The translations under genes were made by a program, and so were the position numbers. 64,000 nucleotides of DNA from Rheinheimera texasensis (GTDB lineage: Bacteria; Pseudomonadota; Gammaproteobacteria; Enterobacterales; Alteromonadaceae): assembly GCF_964031785.1 (NCBI RefSeq), contig NZ_CAXIRE010000014.1, positions 59,927 to 123,926 on the forward strand, read 5' to 3'. Shown in pieces: positions 1-7,482 of the stretch. The number at the start of each line of letters is the position of its first letter. Position 1 is the stretch's first letter. The notes under the pieces were generated by a model. The model was given only the letters and a program-made list of their open reading frames with translations, ran no database searches and was not told the origin of the DNA.

Positions 1-296
1 CACCTCACGTTGACACCGGCGACTACATCATCGTAGTTAACGCTGACAAAGTGACTGTCACTGGCAACAAAGCGAAAAACAAAATGTACTACTCTCACTC
101 TGGTTTCCCAGGTGGCATCAAAGAAATTAACTTTGAAAAGCTGTTGGATAAAAAACCTGAGATGGTACTGGAAGCTGCGATCAAAGGCATGCTGCCAAAA
201 GGTCCACTGGGTCGCGCTATGTTCCGTAAGTTAAAAGTGTATGCAGGCGCCGAGCATCAGCACGCTGCCCAGCAACCACAAGTTTTAGACATCTAA
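1..296 (+). CDS. rplM: 50S ribosomal protein L13 (5' truncated by window edge)
   Basis: Frame from base 3 reads [17 protein letters not shown]...[13 protein letters not shown]...[13 protein letters not shown]...[17 protein letters not shown]; directly followed by rpsI. Confidence 0.98.
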   Translation, partial: PHVDTGDYIIVVNADKVTVTGNKAKNKMYYSHSGFPGGIKEINFEKLLDKKPEMVLEAAIKGMLPKGPLGRAMFRKLKVYAGAEHQHAAQQPQVLDI

Positions 297-309
297 CGGG
301 AGCATAGAC

Positions 310-702
310 ATGGCACAGAATCAATATTACGGTACTGGTCGTCGCAAGACCTCTACTGCACGTGTATTCCTGAAAGCTGGTGCTGGTAACATCGTTATCA
401 ACCAACGCTCAATCACTGAATACTTCGGTCGTGAAACTGCTCGTATGGTTGTAATGCAGCCATTAGAGTTAGTTGAAATGGTTGGCAAGTTTGACATGTA
501 CATCACTGTAAAAGGTGGTGGTATTTCTGGTCAGGCTGGCGCAATCCGTCACGGTATCACTCGTGCACTGATGGAATTCGACGAATCTCTGCGTCCTGCA
601 CTGCGTAAAGCTGGTTTCGTTACCCGCGACGCTCGTCAGGTTGAACGTAAGAAAGTCGGTCTGCACAAAGCGCGTAAGCGTCCACAGTACTCTAAACGTT
701 AA
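310..702 (+). CDS. rpsI: 30S ribosomal protein S9
   Basis: [61 protein letters not shown]. Confidence 0.99.
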   Translation: MAQNQYYGTGRRKTSTARVFLKAGAGNIVINQRSITEYFGRETARMVVMQPLELVEMVGKFDMYITVKGGGISGQAGAIRHGITRALMEFDESLRPALRKAGFVTRDARQVERKKVGLHKARKRPQYSKR

Positions 703-714
703 TTCGTTTTACCG

Positions 715-743
715 AAAAACCCGGCATTTGCCGGGTTTTTTTT
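715..743 (+). terminator. Rho-independent terminator of rplM-rpsI
   Basis: AAAAACCCGGC-ATTT-GCCGGGTTTTT plus further T's. Confidence 0.9.
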
Positions 744-863
744 ATCCGTTACTGTACCGGCAGCGGTGGCAATTCATAAAAGCCCGACAATACTTGTCTG
801 CAACCAGCTGGAAACCGAACTCCGACCTCAGGCTGATGTGGCTGAAATTGTCACTTCATTCCC

Positions 864-878
864 GTTACTAATTTGTAA
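864..878 (+). promoter_or_regulatory. Possible ArcA box upstream of petABC
   Basis: GTTA-CTAATTT-GTAA resembles the ArcA GTTA-N7-GTTA direct repeat; single site, about 200 nt before petA. Confidence 0.3.
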
Positions 879-1082
879 AGTAAATTCAGTCTGTTGAATG
901 CGTTGTCCGGGATCAAAAAATTGCGAAAAAAAAGCTGCAGCTGGTCGCAGAGAATCATGGTAAATCCTTGTAACACGCAGGGCTTTTCATTATGATCCGC
1001 CGTATTTTTCAACTTATAATAATCGCTGTAATTCAGCCGCTTAAACCGTTCAGGTTTTAAGCGTAAACGTGGAGATGAGTGG

Positions 1083-1673
1083 ATGAGCAATGCGCCAGTT
1101 GATCATGGTCGCCGTCGCTTCCTGACCATCGCTACCTCAGTTGTGGGTGGTGTTGGTGCTGTTGGAGCAGCCGTTCCCTTTATTGCGTCCTGGAATCCGA
1201 GTGAGAAAGCAAAACAAGCGGGTGCGCCTGTTACTGCGAATATCGGTAAACTCGAGCCAGGCCAGTTAATTCGGGTGGAATGGCGTGGTAAACCGGTATG
1301 GGTCGTCAATCGCACACCGGATATGTTAAAAAGTCTGGCGGCCGTAGAAGACAAACTGCGGGATCCGAATTCTGATGAAGAACAGCAGCCGGCTTATGCA
1401 AAGAACCAGCATCGTTCTAAAAAGCCAGAAGTTTTTGTTGCTGTCGGGATTTGTACTCACCTCGGTTGTTCTCCGACTTACAAAATGGCTGACTTTGACG
1501 CCCACGTTGAAGGCATCGCATCTGGTTTCTTCTGTCCTTGCCATGGTTCTACGTACGACATGGCCGGTCGGGTATTCCAGGGTGTTCCGGCACCAAAAAA
1601 CCTGATGATCCCACCATATATGTTCACTGATGACACGACGCTGGTGATCGGTGTTGACGAGGGGACTGCCTGA
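1083..1673 (+). CDS. petA: Ubiquinol-cytochrome c reductase Rieske Fe-S subunit
   Basis: Tat-type GRRRFL, TM helix, CTHLGC and CPCHGS boxes. Confidence 0.97.
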   Translation: MSNAPVDHGRRRFLTIATSVVGGVGAVGAAVPFIASWNPSEKAKQAGAPVTANIGKLEPGQLIRVEWRGKPVWVVNRTPDMLKSLAAVEDKLRDPNSDEEQQPAYAKNQHRSKKPEVFVAVGICTHLGCSPTYKMADFDAHVEGIASGFFCPCHGSTYDMAGRVFQGVPAPKNLMIPPYMFTDDTTLVIGVDEGTA

Positions 1674-2947
1674 TGTTTAAAAATTTCATGAACTGGATTG
1701 AATACCGCATGCCATTTATGGAGAAAATGAATCTCCATGTCATGCAGTATCCTGCGCCAAAAAACTTCAACTTCTGGTACTTCTTCGGCTCGCTGGCGAT
1801 GCTGGTACTGGTAAACCAAATCGTCACTGGTATCTGGCTGACGATGAACTTCGAACCTTCTGCTGAACGTGCTTTCGCCTCAGTTGAATACATCATGCGT
1901 GATGTTGACTACGGCTGGTTGCTGCGTTACATGCACTCTACCGGTGCTTCTGCTTTCTTCGTCGTGGTCTATCTGCATATGTTCCGCGGCATGATGTATG
2001 GCTCATATCAGAAGCCACGTGAATTGCTGTGGATCTTCGGTATGCTGATTTTTGTCGTGCTGATGGCCGAAGCTTTCATGGGTTACCTGCTGCCTTGGGG
2101 CCAGATGTCATTCTGGGGTGCTCAGGTTATTATCTCGATTTTCGGTGTTATTCCGGGCATTGGTGATGATTTAACACTGTGGATCCGTGGTGACTACGTT
2201 ATCTCCGGCGCTACGCTGAACCGTTTCTTCGCCTTGCACGTCATTGCACTGCCGCTGGTACTGGTGATTCTGGTGTTCCTGCACATCATCGCACTGCATG
2301 AAGTAGGTTCGAACAACCCGGATGGTATCGACGTCAAAGTGCCAAACGAAGGTCAGAAGTTCGAAAACAACGTGTCTGACAAATTCACTTTCCATGAATA
2401 CTTCACCAAAGGCGGTAAGAAAATTATCGTTGATGCGATCCCATTCCATCCGTATTACACGGTGAAAGATATCGTTGGTGTGGTTGGTTTCCTGATTATC
2501 TTCTGTGCGGTGATTTTCTTCGCACCTGAAGGTGGTGGTTACCTGCTGGAAGCGCCGAACTTTGAACCGGCTAACCCAATGAAGACCCCTGATCATATTG
2601 CACCAGTGTGGTATTTCACACCGTTCTACGCCATTCTGCGCGCGGTACCGGATCAACTGTGGGGCGCGATTTTCATGTTCGCCGCTATTATCCTGCTGGC
2701 ATTGTTGCCTTGGTTAGATCGTTGCAAAGTGCGTTCAGTGCGTTACCGTTCTACTTTACACAAACTGAATCTGGTCAACTTTGTGATTAGCTTCTCGGTG
2801 TTGGGTGTGTTGGGTGTATTACCTGCAACACCAACCTATACGCTGTTTGCGCAAATTGCATCCGTTGCTTATTTCGGCTTCTTCGGTTTGCTGTGGTGGT
2901 ATAGCAAAAACGAAAAAACCAAGCCATTGCCTGTGAGGTTGTCATAA
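1673..2947 (+). CDS. petB: Cytochrome b
   Basis: NFWYFFGSL, RYMHSTGAS, GYLLPWGQMSFWGA, RFFALH, TPDHIAPVWYF; overlaps petA stop. Confidence 0.97.
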   Translation: MFKNFMNWIEYRMPFMEKMNLHVMQYPAPKNFNFWYFFGSLAMLVLVNQIVTGIWLTMNFEPSAERAFASVEYIMRDVDYGWLLRYMHSTGASAFFVVVYLHMFRGMMYGSYQKPRELLWIFGMLIFVVLMAEAFMGYLLPWGQMSFWGAQVIISIFGVIPGIGDDLTLWIRGDYVISGATLNRFFALHVIALPLVLVILVFLHIIALHEVGSNNPDGIDVKVPNEGQKFENNVSDKFTFHEYFTKGGKKIIVDAIPFHPYYTVKDIVGVVGFLIIFCAVIFFAPEGGGYLLEAPNFEPANPMKTPDHIAPVWYFTPFYAILRAVPDQLWGAIFMFAAIILLALLPWLDRCKVRSVRYRSTLHKLNLVNFVISFSVLGVLGVLPATPTYTLFAQIASVAYFGFFGLLWWYSKNEKTKPLPVRLS

Positions 2948-3687
2948 TGCTGAAAAAGTTATTCTCAGTACTGGCACTGGTAACGTCTGCTTCAGTGCTG
3001 GCGGCAGGTGGACATGCAGTCCACCTGGATAAAGCGCCAATTAACCTGCATGACAAAGAGTCACTGCAGCGTGGTGCCAAGATGTTCCAGAACTACTGTC
3101 TGGGTTGTCACCAGATGGAATATCAGCGCTATTCACGGACTTTCCGTGACCTGGGTATCCCGGATGAAGTCGGCATGAAAGAGCTGGCCTTCACCGCGAA
3201 CAAAGTCGGTGATTTTATTAAAAATGCCGCACCAAAAGCTGATCTGGCCAGATGGTTTGGTGCACCGCCACCAGATTTAACTAACGTTGCACGGGTGCGT
3301 GGTCCGGACTGGATTTACACCTATCTGCGTTCGTTTTATGTCGACCCAACCCGTCCATTTGGCGTGAACAATGAAGTGTTCCCGCTGGTCGGTATGCCGC
3401 ATGTGTTACAGGAACTGCAAGGTATCCCGTACAAAAAACACGAAACGCAGATGGTCGATGGTGAATCTAAAGAAGTTTATGTAGGTATCGTTGCTGATGG
3501 TTCAGGTGAGTTAAGCCCGGATGAATATGACCGTGCTGTGGCTGATCTGGTGAACTATCTGGAATACACCGGTGAACCTTCGAAGTTAGAATCTCATAGC
3601 ATTGGCATTAAGGTCATGATCTTCCTGTTTATTTTCTTCATCCTGGCATTCCTGTTGAAGAAAGAATACTGGAAAGACGTCCATTAA
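2947..3687 (+). CDS. petC: Cytochrome c1
   Basis: Signal peptide, CLGCH heme motif, PPDL, GMPHVL, C-terminal TM ending KKEYWKDVH. Confidence 0.97.
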   Translation: MLKKLFSVLALVTSASVLAAGGHAVHLDKAPINLHDKESLQRGAKMFQNYCLGCHQMEYQRYSRTFRDLGIPDEVGMKELAFTANKVGDFIKNAAPKADLARWFGAPPPDLTNVARVRGPDWIYTYLRSFYVDPTRPFGVNNEVFPLVGMPHVLQELQGIPYKKHETQMVDGESKEVYVGIVADGSGELSPDEYDRAVADLVNYLEYTGEPSKLESHSIGIKVMIFLFIFFILAFLLKKEYWKDVH

Positions 3688-3707
3688 GCGTCAGCCGCTG
3701 TTTGTTT

Positions 3708-3728
3708 AAGGGGCCGCAAGGCCCCTTT
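3708..3728 (+). terminator. Terminator-like hairpin after petC
   Basis: AAGGGGCC-GCAA-GGCCCCTT followed by T/C-rich tract. Confidence 0.7.
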
Positions 3729-3747
3729 GCCTTTTCCGGAGGAAGCT

Positions 3748-4383
3748 ATGGCGAGCAACGCCAGCAGACGAAATACCATGACTTTATTTAGTGCCGCCGC
3801 TGAGATGGACAGTCATCATGTCCGTATCGTGCTGGCAGAAAAGGGCATTACCGCTGATATTCTGATCGCACATCCGGGCAATCTGCCGGAAGATGTCTAC
3901 GAAGTGAATCCTTATGGCAGCCTGCCGACTTTGATTGACCGTGATCTGGCGCTGTACCAGGCCGACATCATCATGGAATATCTGGACGAGCGTTTCCCAC
4001 ACCCGCCGTTGTTGCCGGTTTATCCGGTGGCCCGTGCCCAGACTCGTCTGATGATGTATCGCATCAAACATGATTGGTATGGTCTGGCGACGAAGATTTT
4101 GGCTGATGGCGAAGATGCCGCCGACGCCCGGCATGATTTACGCGAAAGTTTATTATCGACCGCGCCAATTTTTGCAGATACCGCATTTTTCATGAGTGAT
4201 GAATACAGTCTGCAGGATGTGTATTTGTCGGTGCTGTTATGGCGTTTGCCGCTGCTTGGTATTGAACTGAGCGGCCCTGGCAGCAAACCTATTAAAAACT
4301 ATATGCTGCGGATGTTCGAACGCGATGCGTTTCAACAGTCGTTGACTGACGCCGAGCGCCGGATCCATCCCGGTATGTATTGA
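3748..4383 (+). CDS. sspA: Stringent starvation protein A (GST-like)
   Basis: GGAGG RBS then ATG 3748; RIVLAEKG, NPYGSLPTLIDRDLAL, IMEYLDERFPHPPL; upstream of sspB. Confidence 0.93.
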   Translation: MASNASRRNTMTLFSAAAEMDSHHVRIVLAEKGITADILIAHPGNLPEDVYEVNPYGSLPTLIDRDLALYQADIIMEYLDERFPHPPLLPVYPVARAQTRLMMYRIKHDWYGLATKILADGEDAADARHDLRESLLSTAPIFADTAFFMSDEYSLQDVYLSVLLWRLPLLGIELSGPGSKPIKNYMLRMFERDAFQQSLTDAERRIHPGMY

Positions 4384-4400
4384 GAGCTGGAGACCAAAAG

Positions 4401-4841
4401 ATGCAAATGACCCCCAATCGGCCTTATCTGTTACGCGCCTTTTATGAATGGATTGTGGACAACAATTGCACACCCTATCTGGTCGTGGACGCAACTATGC
4501 CTGGCGTGAAAGTGCCGCTGCAACATGTTAAAGACGGTCAGATAGTGCTGAATATCAGCCCGGGCGCTGTCGGTAACTTGTTGCTGGGTAATGATGCGGT
4601 GACCTTTAATGCCCGTTTCAGCGGTAACCCGTTTGCGCTGTATATTCCGCAGCGTTCTGTGCTGGCGATTTATGCCCGCGAAAATGGCGCCGGCACTATG
4701 TTTACGCCGGAAGAAGAGTGGCAGGAAGATGAGCTGGACGACACAGAGCTTGAGCTGGATGTGCCGGCCGCAGACCCGACCGAGCCAGGCCCGGACGATG
4801 ACAAACCGAAAAAAGGCAGTCATTTACGCGTCGTGAAATAA
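4401..4841 (+). CDS. sspB: ClpXP adaptor SspB
   Basis: PNRPYLLRAFYEWIVDN, DGQIVLNI, FNARFSG, acidic linker, C-terminal HLRVVK ClpX-binding tail. Confidence 0.96.
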   Translation: MQMTPNRPYLLRAFYEWIVDNNCTPYLVVDATMPGVKVPLQHVKDGQIVLNISPGAVGNLLLGNDAVTFNARFSGNPFALYIPQRSVLAIYARENGAGTMFTPEEEWQEDELDDTELELDVPAADPTEPGPDDDKPKKGSHLRVVK

Positions 4842-4890
4842 TCTGTCCAATTTATCTGTCCAGGTTATCTGCCCAAGCCAATCTACAAAG
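4839..4890. repeat. Imperfect 13-nt tandem repeat
   Basis: TAATCTGTCCAAT / TTATCTGTCCAGG / TTATCTGCCCAAG / CCAATCTACAAAG. Confidence 0.55.
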
Positions 4891-4899
4891 TTCCAAAGC

Positions 4900-4924
4900 A
4901 AAAAGCCGCATGATGCGGCTTTTT
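4900..4924. terminator. Bidirectional terminator between sspB and the small lipoprotein gene
   Basis: AAAAAGCCGCA-TGA-TGCGGCTTTTT. Confidence 0.85.
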
Positions 4925-4942
4925 CGTTTTCAGCCCAATCTA

Positions 4943-5140
4943 TTAATGCACCACGACTTTTCGCACCACCACAGGTTTTTTCACCACGACTGCCTGTTTG
5001 ACCACCACAGTTTTTGTCACCGGTTTTGCTACCACCACATGCCGATGATGTGCCGGATGCACCACACAACCGGACAGCATCAGCAGCGCTATCAAAGCCG
5101 TTAATCCAATTTTTAGAGATGAGTCAGCAACCTTGTTCAT
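4943..5140 (-). CDS. Small Val/Lys/His-rich lipoprotein (65 aa), function unknown
   Basis: AAGGTG RBS, hydrophobic signal with LSG-C lipobox, five VVV blocks, terminator just downstream. Confidence 0.7.
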   Translation of the reverse strand: MNKVADSSLKIGLTALIALLMLSGCVVHPAHHRHVVVAKPVTKTVVVKQAVVVKKPVVVRKVVVH

Positions 5141-5444
5141 ATGGGCACCTTTTGCGGTTTGGTATCAGATACCACTCAGTCTAGTCATTGCTGCGTCAAC
5201 ACGGCGAAAAGGCAGGTAAAGGTTGGGTAAAGCTTTGGGCAACTCTTTGCTTGGCTGAACAATTTTTCGCGGTACTCCTTCAAATTATCAATTTTTCATT
5301 AGGTTTTCGGCGGCATTTTTCTTTAACTTGCGTTAAATATTTACCGCTATATTGCTACAAATATACATTAAAGTTACATTCGTCTTTAAATAACATACTG
5401 ATCATGCTCAGTTTGTGCAGTTTTTCACAGAGGATGTGACATCA

Positions 5445-6707
5445 ATGCAAATCCCCGCAGAACGTCAGCCATATTGGCAAAGTCGTAATTTATTGCTGCT
5501 AGTTGCATGCGTCGTCCTGGTCACCGTCTTGGGTTTGTTGAGCTCAGGCGCGGTGCGGGGTTCCAGTGCCCAGATTTCACAGAGTAGCCCGGTGACACGA
5601 GGCAATTTAGACCATCAAATCAGCGCATTTGGCGTTTTAGTGCCACAAAAAGTCCAAAGTCTGATCGCAATGACTGAAGGCCGGGTGCTGCAGCTGGCGC
5701 AACGACCCGGTGCTATGCTCGAGGCCGGCCAGCCGATTTTGCAGCTGGTGAATCCAAAATTACAGCGTCAGCTGGAAGAGCAGGAACTGGCATTACAAGC
5801 ACAACAAGCCGAATTTTTATTGTTGCAGCAGCAGTTAGAACAAGAACAGTTGCAACTGAGGCATGATTTACAGCTGGCCAAGGCTGAACAGCAGTTGTTG
5901 CAAAGCCAGCTGGCAGCCAAACAAGAGCTGTTTCGCCAGCAGATTATTTCAGCGCTCGATTTTGCCCAAAGCGAGGCGCTGCTGATGCAAGCCAAACAAA
6001 AAGTGCTGCTGGCCGAAGAGAAACTCAAAGGCTTTGCTAAATCCAGCCAAAACCGGCTGGCAGCGGCAGAACTCAACCGGCAACGGGCAGAAAAACAACG
6101 TGATATTGCCAAGCAAGATGTGCTGGCGTTGGCCGTCAGCAGTGAGATCAGCGGCCAGCTGATTGCGCTGGATGAAAGTTTAAAACCGGGTAGCCAGGTG
6201 GTGGCAGGGCAGGCGCTCGGGCAAGTGGCTGAGCCAGGGCAATTGTTAGCGGATCTGAAAATCGGTGCGGTCGATGCCGCTTTAGTGAAGCCCGGCCAGG
6301 CAGTGACGCTGAATATCAAAGGCAAACCCATGCTCGGTGAAGTCAGCTGGGTGTCGCCAAATGTGGTAGACAACTTTTTACGCGTCGATGTGGCGTTATT
6401 AAGTGAATTGCCGGATACCGCCCGCGCCAATATTGAAGTCAAAGCCGATATCAATGTCGGGACCCAGGAGCAGACGCTACTCAGTGACCGCGCTTCCTAC
6501 ATTCAAAAACCACAACAACGCCAGGCGCTGTTTGTCTGGGATGCTGCTACTGAACAATATCAGCGCCGCGAAGTGCTGATCGGCAGCCTGACGCCAAAAC
6601 AAATGCAGCTGTTAGATGGCGTGAAAGCCGGTGAACAGATTTTATTGCAGGTGCCGGCGGCACTGTTAAACAACGAAGTAATTGCACCGGAGGACCTCAA
6701 TGGCTGA
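5445..6707 (+). CDS. Periplasmic adaptor (MFP/HlyD family) of a MacAB-like exporter
   Basis: N-terminal TM, VTRG..I.AFG.LVP, biotin-lipoyl-like halves flanking a long Q/L coiled coil; AGGA RBS before ATG 5445. Confidence 0.85.
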   Translation: MQIPAERQPYWQSRNLLLLVACVVLVTVLGLLSSGAVRGSSAQISQSSPVTRGNLDHQISAFGVLVPQKVQSLIAMTEGRVLQLAQRPGAMLEAGQPILQLVNPKLQRQLEEQELALQAQQAEFLLLQQQLEQEQLQLRHDLQLAKAEQQLLQSQLAAKQELFRQQIISALDFAQSEALLMQAKQKVLLAEEKLKGFAKSSQNRLAAAELNRQRAEKQRDIAKQDVLALAVSSEISGQLIALDESLKPGSQVVAGQALGQVAEPGQLLADLKIGAVDAALVKPGQAVTLNIKGKPMLGEVSWVSPNVVDNFLRVDVALLSELPDTARANIEVKADINVGTQEQTLLSDRASYIQKPQQRQALFVWDAATEQYQRREVLIGSLTPKQMQLLDGVKAGEQILLQVPAALLNNEVIAPEDLNG

Positions 6708-7482
6708 AGCACATAACCCGCAATCCAATCTGGCTGAAACCCTCATCGACATCCGGCAGGCCTCAAAGGTGTTTACTCAGGGCAAGCTGCAACTGCCGGT
6801 ATTACAGGCTTTAGATTTTAGCGTGACGCGCGGTGAGTTTGTCGCGATTGAAGGCCGCTCCGGTAGTGGTAAATCGACCTTGTTATCGATTATCGGTTTA
6901 CTCGACAGCTTTTCTGCCGGCCAGTATTTGCTGCTTGGCCAGTCGGTGCCGGGCTTGTCGGCTTATCAGCATAGTGTGCTGCGTAACCGCCATATTGGCT
7001 GGATTTTTCAGAACTTTAACCTGATTAGCAGCATGACTGTGGCGGAGAATGTCAGTTTACCACTGCGTTATTTAGCCGGCGTCAAAGCAGCCGACTACCG
7101 CAGCCGCGCAGCGCAAGTGCTGGCACAGGTGGAGCTTTCAGACAAGCTGGATGCATATCCCGAGCAGTTATCCGGTGGTCAGCAACAACGGGTAGCGATA
7201 GCGCGGGCGCTTATTACTAACCCGAGTTTGTTATTGGCAGATGAACCGACCGGTAACCTGGATTCGCAAAGCGCCGAGATTGTGATGAACCTGCTGAGCA
7301 AATTACACCAGGATGGCGCAACCGTGCTGATGGTGACACATGACCCGCAGCTGGCCGCCAGGGCACAGCGCCGTTTGTATCTGGCTGATGGTCAGTTTGT
7401 CGCAACAGCGCCAGTCACAGCAAGACAGCCAACTTGTGTTGCGCCAGTAAACTCGTCACTGGCCGAACAGAGGGCAGGCTGA
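6700..7482 (+). CDS. ABC transporter ATP-binding protein (MacB/LolD-like)
   Basis: Walker A GRSGSGKST, LSGGQQQRVAIARAL, LLADEPTGNLD, VTHD. Confidence 0.93.
   Translation: MAEAHNPQSNLAETLIDIRQASKVFTQGKLQLPVLQALDFSVTRGEFVAIEGRSGSGKSTLLSIIGLLDSFSAGQYLLLGQSVPGLSAYQHSVLRNRHIGWIFQNFNLISSMTVAENVSLPLRYLAGVKAADYRSRAAQVLAQVELSDKLDAYPEQLSGGQQQRVAIARALITNPSLLLADEPTGNLDSQSAEIVMNLLSKLHQDGATVLMVTHDPQLAARAQRRLYLADGQFVATAPVTARQPTCVAPVNSSLAEQRAG

Noticed and set aside
2330-2435. Insertion in cytochrome b after GSNNPDG
   Set aside because: Variable loop that is long in related marine gammaproteobacteria, from memory; frame intact.
1-4841. petABC between rpsI and sspAB
   Set aside because: Established gene order in Vibrio, Shewanella and Pseudomonas.
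5282-5302. Fur-box-like AT-rich stretch upstream of the exporter
   Set aside because: Only one ATTATCA half-site; spacing fits neither the 7-1-7 nor the hexamer model.
5768-6454. 228-aa antisense ORF inside the MFP gene
   Set aside because: Ser/Cys/Ala-rich shadow of the Q/L coiled-coil codons; no RBS or motifs.
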